64,000 bases of DNA from Haliotis rubra (Eukaryota), in the NCBI RefSeq assembly GCF_003918875.1, contig NW_025767213.1:124001-188000 (forward strand). Direction: 5' to 3'. The notes under the pieces are model-generated. The model was not told where the DNA came from, made no database searches, and saw nothing but the letters and a program-made list of their open reading frames with translations. Made by a program: the position numbers and the translations under genes. Below are positions 52,743-64,000 of the stretch, piece after piece. How positions within the stretch are numbered: the stretch's first letter is position 1; the number at the start of each line of letters is the position of its first letter.

Positions 52743-54097
52743 TCACCAGCCAGGTGAGAATTGGTCTTCAGCAACCCATGCCTGTCATAAGAGGCGACTA
52801 ACGGGATCCGGTGGTCAGGCTCACTGACTTGGTTGGCACATGTCATCGTATCCAAATTGCCTAAATCGATGCTCGTGCTGTTGATCACTGGATTGCCTGG
52901 TCCAGACTCGATTATTTACAGACAACTACCATATAGCTGGAATACTGCTGAGTCTGACGTCAAACAACAAACAAACTAAACAAGTCACGCGTTGAGATCT
53001 ATCTTAAACTAAAGGTTCTACTCCAGGGTAGCCCTGAGCTCTACTTCACTCTATAAACCACGAATACTGGACTGTTTATTCCATAGTAATCTACTCCAGA
53101 CTAGCCAAGTGTCATGAGAAACCGCATGTAGACAGCATGGGAGTAAATCGGATTACTGTCCTGGATTTCTTTTGAACTGGAACATCAACAAACCGCACAA
53201 CGATAATCACATTCCCCATAATGCCATTATCTAACCTCAAACAGCGAGCGCCAGGGACGTCACCACCGCGCCATGCCTACACGTGTACACGTTTAGTCTC
53301 AACCTTTGTGTACCAAGTATAACTGACATGAAAAAATATCCTGTTCTCAGCATAATGAGCTTCAGGGAAATAAAGTTGTATTGATATGAGCTATTGTAGA
53401 CCTCAAAGGTGAATGTCTTGCGCTCGACGACAAGCTTTGTGACTAACATCAATACTAACAGACCCAAGCATTGGCAAATAGCCTCACATTGAAATGTACT
53501 TGTGTTGAAGGAAGTAAGTGCATTGAAGGTACAACGTGACGAACTATCAAACACTACATACAGTACTGGACAAAAGAAAGTATAGCCCCAAGTTCTTTTA
53601 GAGGCATTCAGGAGTTGGAGCAGTAAGGAAGGATAACAGTGAGTGAATGAGTGAGTGAGTCTCGCTGACTTGGTTGACACATATCATCGTATCCGAAATG
53701 CGTAGATCGATGCCCATGCTGTTGATCACTGGATTGTCTGGTTCAGACTTGATTATTTACAGACCGCTAAGCACCAACCAACCAACAACAGTCAACTGCA
53801 AGCAAAAACACACGGGGGCTTTTTATGGGTATGCATATCATTTTAGTTATTGTGCGAAGTTAATGCCAGTGGAAGCTTCTGTGTAACATTTGTGTTTTGT
53901 TTGGTTGTTTTTTCACAAAGGCTTGTATTCAGTGAAAGTTGTTATTTCGGACACCCTTAGGACGATCAATATATGATCAGAGAGTCACTAGAGCTAAGTA
54001 TTCCTAAATCTGGAAAATTAAAATAAATGTGTTATTCCAGGGTACGGTCCAGATTAATGGGGTTTCACGATACATGGCTAAATAAAACACATATATA

Positions 54098-54522
54098 TAC
54101 TACCCATCAAAAGTTTAGACTCACTTAAAGCATTCACTATATGTTATGTATATATATGTGGTTATATCGAAGATGAATTTCTCCCCTATCTTGGGGGAAC
54201 CAACTGCAAACGTTATGCAGATGAATTGCACGAGGATCATGCATCAAATTGCTGAAAACATGTGCAAATATCGTGCATGTGAACGGCTGCGATTTGGTGT
54301 AAAGTTTTGTTATGAATTCGCCAATTTTCACTGAGTTTCATCATTTATTGAACTCATGACAATAACCTTTTCAACGTTACGAATCTGTTTTACGATACAT
54401 CAGTTCATGTGTAACAGTACCTTTAAACAGTATGGAATATTTTGCAAAATCTAGTTTAGAACAGTTGACTGAAGTAAGTGGCTACATTTGCACTAGTGAG
54501 TCTAAACTTTTGATGGGTAGTA
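54098..54522. mobile_element. Non-autonomous Tc1-type MITE
   Basis: 28-bp perfect TIR TACTACCCATCAAAAGTTTAGACTCACT with TA flanks. Confidence 0.9.
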
Positions 54523-56342
54523 TATTTGGTGCACATTTTTAAAGTAAGGAGCTATTAATTTATTATTAAATGATAAGAGAGAAACACTTCAGCATGTCAT
54601 TTTATAGATACCACTGTATGATTCATATGAAGAGAATTTGGAGGAAAAAACCCTACAGACTGACGAGCTGAAACCCGAGATACGTCTCCTCTATCAGCCT
54701 TACTATCACTCTATCTAGTGTTTTATATAATATTTATATTGATATTTGTATATATTGTGCCATGCCATAAGCGTGGGTCTAAACATAATATTCTTTTCTA
54801 AAACAACTTATAAATAATTACACACGTAAAGAACGAGTAGATGTTAAACAGATTGAACGTTTACGGGAACACCCGATACTACGATAAGACAGAGCTCGAC
54901 AGTGTGTTTGTTTTAATCGTGACTTTAATTAAGAACTTCGTTTGAAGTGTGACACGATCAACCTGGATGTCAATTTCCTTAATGAAATTCGTCGTCGGTC
55001 GAAACCGACGTGAATATCTCCAACAAATCTTTGTAAAAAAAAAAGTCAGAGAGAATGCCCGTGTTAAATTGCAAGCATTTCTTGCATGACATGCACGAGC
55101 CTTATGTAATCTCCCAGCAACACGCTGCCTTCTCCGTACGCATGATGCACGTGCATATCTTATGATAAGGGCCAGATGCACGTGTTTATGCGGCAGCTGG
55201 CTATCAGACAGCCGGCGTATATTGTGTGTCAGACAATTCCACCTTCCCAATGGCTGTCATATTAGCTGGGTCGGAGAAGGTCGTATCTGCGTGCACCGTA
55301 CGCCGGGAATAATAAGATAAGCTTTGATGAAAAAGACTTGTTGTATACCTAGTTTAATGAAGGAAGACACATAGATGTGTATCTACTCCAACAGACTACA
55401 CAACAGATCACTTAAGAAATCTCTTACTTTTTGTTTAAAAAGTGGGTGAATGCAGTTTGAATTTTGATATCAATGTTATTTCTGTTTACGATGCTTCAAA
55501 ATCTTGTAGCACTCTCATATTTTCAAAATCACAAAGGAAATTGTGGTCAGTATGTAAGGGTTACATAAACAACTTCAGGAAGGTAATAGTTAAAAGGAAA
55601 TTCGTAACGACGAATTCAACATGCAAAATTCATGCCGACTTTTGGAGTCTGTCAAGTCAAAACATTGATTACACAACAGTCTCGTTTCCTGCTGACTGGG
55701 TTCAGTCCTATTGCGCAACTTAGTACAAAAATCAGTCCAGAACTTTGAGACCACCTCATTCAACTGGATATATATAATCAGTATTATTTGATACATCTCA
55801 TCATTTGTATGTTGCAACACTACGCTCCTTCTAATCCTAACAACACGTCGTGCGGCGTGCTCAAACGGAAATCTGGAAATCTCAAATCGAGGCTCGGCCG
55901 CTAGAAAAGTGTGGCGGTCTTATACGGACTTGATATTATATCAATCACATTGTACGTTAGGAAAATACACTAAATAAGTGCAAAGAACATGTAACAGGTG
56001 TAACCAGTGAGCCAAATGCATTATGAATCATTTTACGACCTCATCAAACAGGGGCAGTCGGTGACGTCTTAGTCAACGACATGCTGCCTAAACCTCGCCA
56101 TAAAATATAGTAATACGATCTTTTTAAAGTTTAAAATTAAAATGCATTTGTAAATACCATTTTCTTATGAAACAAGGAATTGGAATTTCGTGTTACCATA
56201 GTTGTTTGTAGTGTCTCTTTTAACTTTCACACGAGACAATTCGGATCGGCTGAAAAGTAGGTCATTGTCTGAATTGGCTCATGAGACTCATGAGACAGAC
56301 GCATTGAATTCCCAAGATACCATGTAGGCCAGACTTACATAG

Positions 56343-57142
56343 AGAATACGTGGCATGACATGGATGCATTCATTGTTGCGGCAGTAGAATACGTGGCATG
56401 ACATGGATGCATTCATTGTTGCGGCAGTAGAATACGTGGCATGACATGGCATGATTGCGCGGCATAGAATACGGCTGCATTCATTGTTGCGGCAGTAGAA
56501 TACGTGGCATGACATGGATGCATTCATTGTTGCGGCAGTAGAATACGTGGCATGACATGGATGCATTCATTGTTGCGGCAGTAGAATACGTGGCATGACA
56601 TGGATGCATTCATTGTTGCGGCAGTAGAATAGGTGGCATGACATGGATGCATTCATTGTTGCGGCAGTAGAATACGTGGCATGACATGGATGCATTCATT
56701 GTTGCGGCAGTAGAATACGTGGCATGACATGGATGCATTCATTGTTGCGGCAGTAGAATAGGTGGCATGACATGGATGCATTCATTGTTGCGGCAGTAGA
56801 ATACGTGGCATGACATGGATGCATTCATTGTTGCGGCAGTAGAATACGTGGCATGACATGGATGCATTCATTGTTGCGGCAGTAGAATACGTGGCATGAC
56901 ATGGATGCATTCATTGTTGCGGCAGTAGAATACGTGGCATGACATGGATGCATTCATTGTTGCGGCAGTAGAATACGTGGCATGACATGGATGCATTCAT
57001 TGTTGCGGCAGTAGAATACGTGGCATGACATGGATGCATTCATTGTTGCGGCAGTAGAATACGTGGCATGACATGGATGCATTCATTGTTGCGGCAGTAG
57101 AATACGTGGCATGACATGGATGCATTCATTGTTGCGGCAGTA
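56343..57142. repeat. 43-bp highly homogeneous minisatellite
   Basis: Unit agaatacgtggcatgacatggatgcattcattgttgcggcagt. Confidence 0.97.
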
Positions 57143-58503
57143 GCTGATGTGGAGCTATCATGCGCTTACTCAAAAGCCGGTCATGACGAGTTACCTCCTA
57201 CCCGTAAAGATCCGGGTTAGAATTGGTCTTCAGCAACCCATTCCTGTCATAAGAGGCCACTAACGGGATCGGGTGGCCAGGCTAGCCGACTTGTTTGACA
57301 CATGTCCCAGCTGCCCAGTTATTTACAGACCGTCGCCATATAACTGGAATATTGCTGAGTGCGGCGTTAAACAATAAACATACAAACGAGTTACCTCCCT
57401 TGGTTGTGCTAGGATCTGCCGATGTTGGATGCGTCATGAATTACATTCGTTATCAGCACTGTGCCCTCATGAACAACTAGGTCCTACGTCACTTTGCATT
57501 GAGTGAGTGAGCTTTACGCAATATTCCAGCAATATCACGGCGGGGACACCAAATGGGCTTCACATATTGTACCCATGTGGGGAATCGAACACGGGTCTTC
57601 GGCGTGATGAGCGATCGTTCTAACCACTACGCTACCCCACCGCTCCACGTCACTTTGGATTTGGCTTCCATCTCAACGCAGTACACACTATAACAAAATA
57701 AAAAAAATAACTGGCATATTGCTTTAAGAGGCATCAACAGGAAAACTCTTCAAACATCAAAGGCCACAAAAGTCCGGGTTTCGAGTGCAAATGTTTCAAA
57801 TCTCGATTTTTGGAAATTTTGAAACATCCCAATACGATATTTCAACAAGGACACGGAAAGACACCCACTGTAGGTATCCAGCTTCTTGCCCAGGACACAT
57901 GTTGTTTGTTTGTCCTTACCCGTGAAGATCAGGGTTAGAATTGGTCTTCAGCAACCCATACTTGTCGTAAGAGGCGACTAACAGGTTCGGGTTTCAGGCT
58001 TGCTGACATGGTTCACACATGTCATCGTATCCCAATATGCATAGATCGATGATCGTGCTGTTGATCACTGGATTGTCTGGTCCAGACTAGATTATTTACA
58101 GATAGTCTTCATATAGCTGGAATATTAGTGAGTGCTGCGTAAGATTAAACTCGCTCACTGTTGTTTGTTCGTTGTTTATTGCCGCGTTCCGCAATATTCC
58201 AAATTAATGAGGGCGATTGTAAAAAAAACACCTCCGGTTCTGTAAACAAAGGACTGATATTATTGGGGTACAGTGGCATGCAAATCAAGATCATGACCAT
58301 ACGATCCGTTCAGTCTGCTCGTCCGAAAACACAGATTACAGTGCACGAGTCATAAATCAGGTGAAATTAAGCAAAGTGGTTTGGGGAGAGTATATGGATC
58401 GGTGAACGTGGTCGGGAACTTGACTCTTGAGAATGTCTGGGACTGAGGGCCTGCCTACCTCTACACTGAAGCATATGTGGCTAGTTTGTCTCACAGTCCC
58501 TGG

Positions 58504-58659
58504 GGGCGGTGGGGTAGCCTAGTGGTTAAGGAGTTCGCGCGTCACGCCGAAGACCGGGTTCGATTCCCCACATGGGCACAATGTGTGAAGCACATATCTG
58601 GAGTTCCTCGTCGTGAAATTGCTGAAATATTGCTTAAAAGCGGCATAAAACTAAACTCA
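58504..58659 (+). mobile_element. Family A SINE
   Basis: Full head and tail; TSD ctcacagtccctgg. Confidence 0.9.
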
Positions 58660-58673
58660 CTCACAGTCCCTGG

Positions 58674-59010
58674 AGACCGCCTCCGTGGTGTAGTGGTTAG
58701 AGCGTCCGCCCGGAGAGCGGAAGGTCGCGGGTTCGATCCCCGACCGCGTCATTCCCAAAGACGTTAAAATATGGTACTTGTTGGTCCCTGCCTGGCGCTC
58801 GGCATTAATGGGTACAACAAGGACTGGTCGGCTTGGAGTCAGTATAATGTGTCTGAGTGGGGTATTCATGCTTCACTGCGGCATGGTATCTCAGTGGGCT
58901 AGCACTATAAAACCAGCTTCAGTCTGGGCTAGTACAAGCAGCCGCACATACACATACACACGCGAAATATTCTCAAGCACGACGTTAAACCCAATTTCAC
59001 CTCACCTCAC
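58674..59010 (+). mobile_element. V-domain SINE (family C), second full copy
   Basis: Near-identical to 14619-14969 and flanked by ctcacagtccctgg. Confidence 0.85.
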
Positions 59011-59673
59011 CTCACAGTCCCTGGACCGCATTATTTAGCCTTTCTGCCAAGCCCTTTCTGCATAGCTAAAGTCTAAATGAAGCAAGTCCAGAATTCCCCA
59101 GGTTCACGTTCCTCCTCACTGGGGTTCTTTTTCAGTAAAAAGGAAATGTTTCTTTCAAAATTATAATATATACTCAGACACTAAGTGTTATTCTCTATAT
59201 GTGGCATATTTTCCGCGGACAGGTAACATTTTTCGAAATCTGTTTCCATGGCAGTCAGTGGGTACCCGGAAGGGCAATATGGTCAATGTCATTAGACTGT
59301 CACCTACTAGCCCTTCATGCATAGCTTTGGTTGTCAGGATGAATCGAGTACACACTGTTAATTGTCCGTGTAATTATATAGAGTTGTGGGCATGTATTCG
59401 GGTATGGATTTAGCCCAGTATGACACAGTACTACTTTGGACATGTTCTACAACCACGAGGAGCGTTCCCTGTAACTGCTTCATAACATGTATACACGTAG
59501 GAAGTCAACAAGGGTGAGTGAGTGAGTGTGGTTTTGCGAGATCATCACAGAAATATCCTGACGCCAGACACCAGAGGTAAGCTTCACACCCTGCAATCTC
59601 TGTTGGGAATAGAACCATTCAGCGTGAAGAGCTAAACCTTTAACCGCAAAGCGGTCTATAAAACTGTTCAGAT

Positions 59674-59938
59674 AGTCATACCAAAAGACGTTAAAATGTG
59701 GTACTTGTTGGTCCTTGCCTGGCGCTCGGCATTAATGGGTACAACAAAGACTGGTCGGCCCGGAGTCAGTATAATGTGTCTGAGTGGGGTATTCATCCTA
59801 ACTGCAGCATGGTGGGCTAGCACTATAAAAACAGCTTAAGTCTGGGCTAGTACAAGCAACCACACATACACATTGCACGTCGTCATATGAGCGAAATATT
59901 CTCAAGTAAGACGTTAAATCCCATTTCACCTCACCTCA
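59674..59938 (+). mobile_element. V-domain SINE (family C), 5'-truncated
   Basis: Body and tail match family C; tRNA head absent. Confidence 0.8.
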
Positions 59939-60692
59939 TTGACTAATGCTTAGTCTCTGAATATATATAATTTTGATAGTAACAAACAAGCCCATATATA
60001 TTGAAAGGAGCCCTAGAAAGACCAGAGTTTCAGAACCTGAGGGAATCTAGACTTGCTTTATTTAGGGCTTTAGTACTGCAGAGAGGGCTAGGCAATAGGG
60101 AAAATGATGTGATTCAGGGACTGTGAGACAGACTACTCACCTCACCTCACCTCACCTCACCTCACCTCTCACCTCAGACAGACAAAGAGATGCACAGAAA
60201 TGGTTTCATCATGAATTGGATGATACTTAGAAAAGGTACTGTTATTATACGTCCAGTGTATGATACCGTTGTTACATGTCCAGTGAGTGGTACGGCAATT
60301 TGACGTCCATGTACCTCTCTGCTCCGGTGGACACTGGTCACTGATGGACAACAGCAGCGCTTGATCTGATAGCCTCTTGTCTGTTCATCAGTCTGTAAAC
60401 AAGCCGTACCAGGGCTTCTTGAGGCTAATTAAAGAGGGCTGGAGGCTGATCGGTAATACTAAACGGCGTCTTGGAGCGAACTTACCAAGTTGTTAAGATT
60501 ACTGAAAGTAGAGAAGGGTATTGGTATAAGACGATTCATGGTAAGTTGCCCCCGAGGATAAAAGGCGCCATGGAAATATTGCTATTAGGCTGCCACACAG
60601 ACCCTGAAATAGACTAAAGCTTAGTCTCGGAATACATATAATTGTGATAGAAACAAGCAATTCATTGAAAAGAAGGCCTAATGAGAAGGGAC

Positions 60693-60874
60693 TAGTCTGT
60701 CTCACAGTCCCTGAACCACATTATTTTCCCCAATGCTTAGCCCTCCCTGCAATGCTGAAGCCCTAAATGAAGCAAGTCTAGATTTCCTCAGGTTCCTGAA
60801 TCTCTGGTCGGGGCTCCTTTTCAATTTAAATGGGTTTATTTGCTACTATCAAAATTATATATATTCAGGGACTA
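60693..60874 (+). mobile_element. About 185-bp dispersed non-autonomous repeat (TAGTC...GACTA termini)
   Basis: Copies near 23397-23576, 58482-59183 (interrupted), 59951-60135(-), 60885-60991(-); variants near 21240-21420, 46871-47053, 61225-61404. Core aagcaagtctagatt. Confidence 0.75.
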
Positions 60875-62945
60875 AAGAGAAGGGACCTGAACCTGAGGAA
60901 ATCTAGACTTGTTTCATCTAGAGATTTAGCATTGCAGAAAGGGCTGGGCAGAAGAGACAATAATGCGGTTCAGGGACTGTGAGACAGACTAACCCTGAAA
61001 CAAATATATCCAAGAAAGTTTTTACGCAAGTCTAGATTGTTACAGTTTCAGAAAAACGAAGAAAATCTCGTGGTTCTTCTATCTTACTAATATATGTTTT
61101 AGTAAAATATGTTCATTCGGAGACAAGGTATCAGTAGGTATAGTCGCCGGGAATATAACACACCATCTAAAATACGTATCTGACGCTGTTTATTCAGTGC
61201 TCCACTCTACCGCGTGATGTTTATTAGTCTGTCATATATACAAATATATCCAAGAAAGCCCATGCAAGTCTAGAATATGTGGCAAGTCTAGATTACCACT
61301 GTTTCTGAAACATTAATGAAGAAAGTCTCTGGCCTCCTTTTCATTATATTTTACGTTTTTATTATGAACTGTTTTATCTGTAAAATATGTTCATTGCAGA
61401 GACTAGTTGTTAGTTTAGATGTTTATAAACCAGACAACCGTCGAGTGGCCTCAACAATTCTAAAAACAATCTCTTTAGATCAGATCAAGAAATCATATTG
61501 AAGAAATAGTTTGTGCTGAAACATGATAACCTCCTTTTAAGGACACGAGCTCCTCAAATAGTGTGTGATCTTCAAGATGTGCGGGTGCACTTTCGGGGCG
61601 ACTTGACAAAATACCATGGATCGGGCCGTACGTGATTCACCTCGGGGCCAAATACCTGTGTAGCCTGACCAGAAATCAAGGTGACGAAAGTTGTTTCCCT
61701 ACTAGTTTAACGACTTAGTTGCTTGTTTGATATGAAACTGTCCAATGGGTGACCGGTAACCGGGCCTACCGACCAGTATTTGAATCAACCATTACAAACT
61801 TGAAACGTCTTCAAATAACTACTGACATTTATGGTACGAGAACAACTTGGGGTAATATTTTATGTTCGATACTCCAGTGAATACCTGGCATGATCATCCT
61901 TTGTCTAAGTTGTATAGATCACGTCATTGACGTCGAGTGCGTGGTTGGATCCCACGAGCTCTGGGGATGTGGTACTGGTGAGGATCTTCATCGGGACTAA
62001 CTCGATCCCCACACCTATGAGACCCTGAAGATCCGGGTTAGAATTGGTCTTCAGTAACCAATGCTTATCGTAAGAGGCGACTAACGGGTCGGTCGGTCAG
62101 GCTCGCTGACTTGGACGACACGCTATCGTATCCCAATTGTGCAGATCGATGCTCATGATGTTGATCTCAGGATTGTCTCCTTTACAGACGGCCGCCATGT
62201 AGCTGGAATATTGCTGAGTGCGGCGTTAAACACCAAGCATCGATGCTCATGCTGTTGATCACTGGATTGTCTGGTCCAGACTCGATTATTTACAGACCGC
62301 TGCCATATAGCTGGGATATTCCTGAATGCGGCGTAAAACTAAACTCACTCACTCACTCACTCACTCCCTTTGACAACATCCTTTACGCCTACTTCTCGCC
62401 CCTTCGTCACCCTGCCCCTCATGTAACTATCGCGGTGTTATTGCATTAAATCAATACAATTACTCAGTGTTCACATATGGGAAAGGCAAGAATCGTCGTT
62501 ACAGACAATAAATAAGTTACTGTCACAGATTGGTTGTTGTTTAACGCTCAGCAGTATTCCAGCACTTTCCACAGAAGCACCCCACATGGGTTCAATGTGT
62601 GAAGCCCATTTCTGGTATCCCCCGCCGTGATATTGCTGAAATCGGCGTAAAACCGAACTCACTCACCACTCACTCACCCACAGAAGCATCATATATTTGT
62701 GTTCTTCAAACGTCTGACTGTCTATCAAGGAATATTCAACTTGGCACAGTACAAGTGACTGCCACAGAAGCGCCTACAGTAGTCTGGACATCTGCCACAA
62801 CCGATACTGTTAACATAGTCCAGGGCAGTGTCTCATATGTAGACTAAGACGTAGAGCCAGAAATATCTACAAAAAAAACAATCTACACTTGCACAATCAT
62901 TCTAGACTTGGGTAAGGTTCGTTTGTGAATTTATTCCAGAAGGTC

Positions 62946-63184
62946 TGAGTGAGTGAGTGAGTTTAGTTTTACGCAATATTCCAGCTATATGGCGGCGGTC
63001 TGTAAATAATTGAGTCTGGACCAGACAATCCAGTGATCAACAGCATGAGCATCGATCTGCGCAATTGGGAACCTTTCACATGTGTCAACCAAGTCAGCAA
63101 GCCTGAAACCCGATCCCGTTAGTCGCCTCTTACTACAAGCATGGGTTACTGAAGGCCAATATTCTAACCCGGACCTTCACGGGT
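62946..63184 (-). mobile_element. Family B SINE-like retroelement without a tRNA head, representative copy
   Basis: Starts ACCCGTGAAGGTCCGGGTTAGAA and ends GCTGGAATATTGC...(actc)n; TSD gaaggtctgag. Other copies near 2060-2274(-), 7830-7922(-), 21700-22025(+), 24445-24674(-), 47200-47333(-), 52757-52980(+), 53660-53790(+), 57200-57387(+), 57918-58160(+), 62022-62365(+). Confidence 0.88.
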
Positions 63185-63484
63185 CCGAAGGTCTGAGAGA
63201 CAGGCTAGCTGGTATGTTTTTAAGTGTACTGCCAGTACCACAACAAACACTGGCTGAGTCTGTCAGTGGTAGTTAAGGATGGGGTTGTAGTAGATCAGCC
63301 TGTATCTGACTCAATTTCACAGTGTTTGGCTCCTCCTCAGGCCTGACTCCCCAACCTCCGACGTCCTTAATGAAGTTGTCAGTCCTGCTTTCTGCATGAA
63401 GTAAACATCTAACAGCAGCTGAATTACGGGTTTTCCTCATGTATTAATTTGACCCGCAGTGGCAAGTGAAGATACTTTTCATTT

Positions 63485-63995
63485 AATGCCCAGCGTGTCA
63501 TTCAGTAATTTAATGTCCAGCGTGTGATACAGTAACTGTTGTTTAATGTCCAGTGTGTGATACCGGTAATCATACTCCACTGTGTGATGCAGGTAATTAT
63601 AGTCCAGTGTGTGATACAGGTAATAATAGTCCAGTGTGTGATGCAGGTAATTATAGTCCAGTGTGTGATACCGGTAATCATACTCCACTGTGTGATGCAG
63701 GTAATTATAGTCCAGTGTGTGATACCGGTAATCATACTCCACTGTGTGATGCAGGTAATTATAGTCCAGTGTGTGATACCGGTAATCATACTCCACTGTG
63801 TGATGCAGGTAATTATAGTCCAGTGTGTGATACCGGTAATCATACTCCACTGTGTGATGCAGGTAATTATAGTCCAGTGTGTGATACCGGTAATCATACT
63901 CCACTGTGTGATGCAGGTAATTATAGTCCAGTGTGTGATACCGGTAATCATGATCCACTGTGTGATGCAGGTTAATTATAGTCCAGTGTGTGATG
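63485..63995. repeat. 27-bp minisatellite with a 54-bp dimeric unit
   Basis: Alternating ccagtgtgtgataccggtaatcatact and ccactgtgtgatgcaggtaattatagt. Confidence 0.95.
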
Positions 63996-64000
63996 AAACC

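Noticed and set aside
60169-60395. Minus-strand exon candidate
   Set aside because: The apparent donor comes from the (gtgag)n SINE-tail microsatellite, and the translation is unrecognisable.

Overview
Repeat-rich, AT-rich eukaryotic DNA. The SINE and LINE content points to a mollusc, probably a gastropod such as abalone (inference). Most ORFs in the track are artefacts of minisatellites or SINEs. The main signal is a divergently oriented pair of spliced genes for secreted cationic-peptide precursors, which the ORF track shows only in fragments. Gene A (- strand, coding exons 8487-8331, 7075-6968, 5822-5803) encodes 94 aa. Gene B (+ strand, 19294-19952 plus 21547-21551) encodes about 220 aa after removal of one extra A. 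Both have a signal peptide, a Trp/Arg-rich cationic peptide with no acidic residues, a shared GR-DL amidation/cleavage junction and an acidic pro-region. This is a candidate undescribed antimicrobial-peptide family, architecturally like myticalins. A second signal is a SINE-like family with no tRNA head, a fixed 5' end that folds into a covarying pseudoknot, and a 3' tail shared with a local RT-RNase H LINE. The window also holds a CCDC190-like coiled-coil gene with a +1 frameshift, a decayed Tc1 element, Tc1, MULE and Penelope remnants, several MITEs, two tRNA-derived SINE families and about nine minisatellite arrays.
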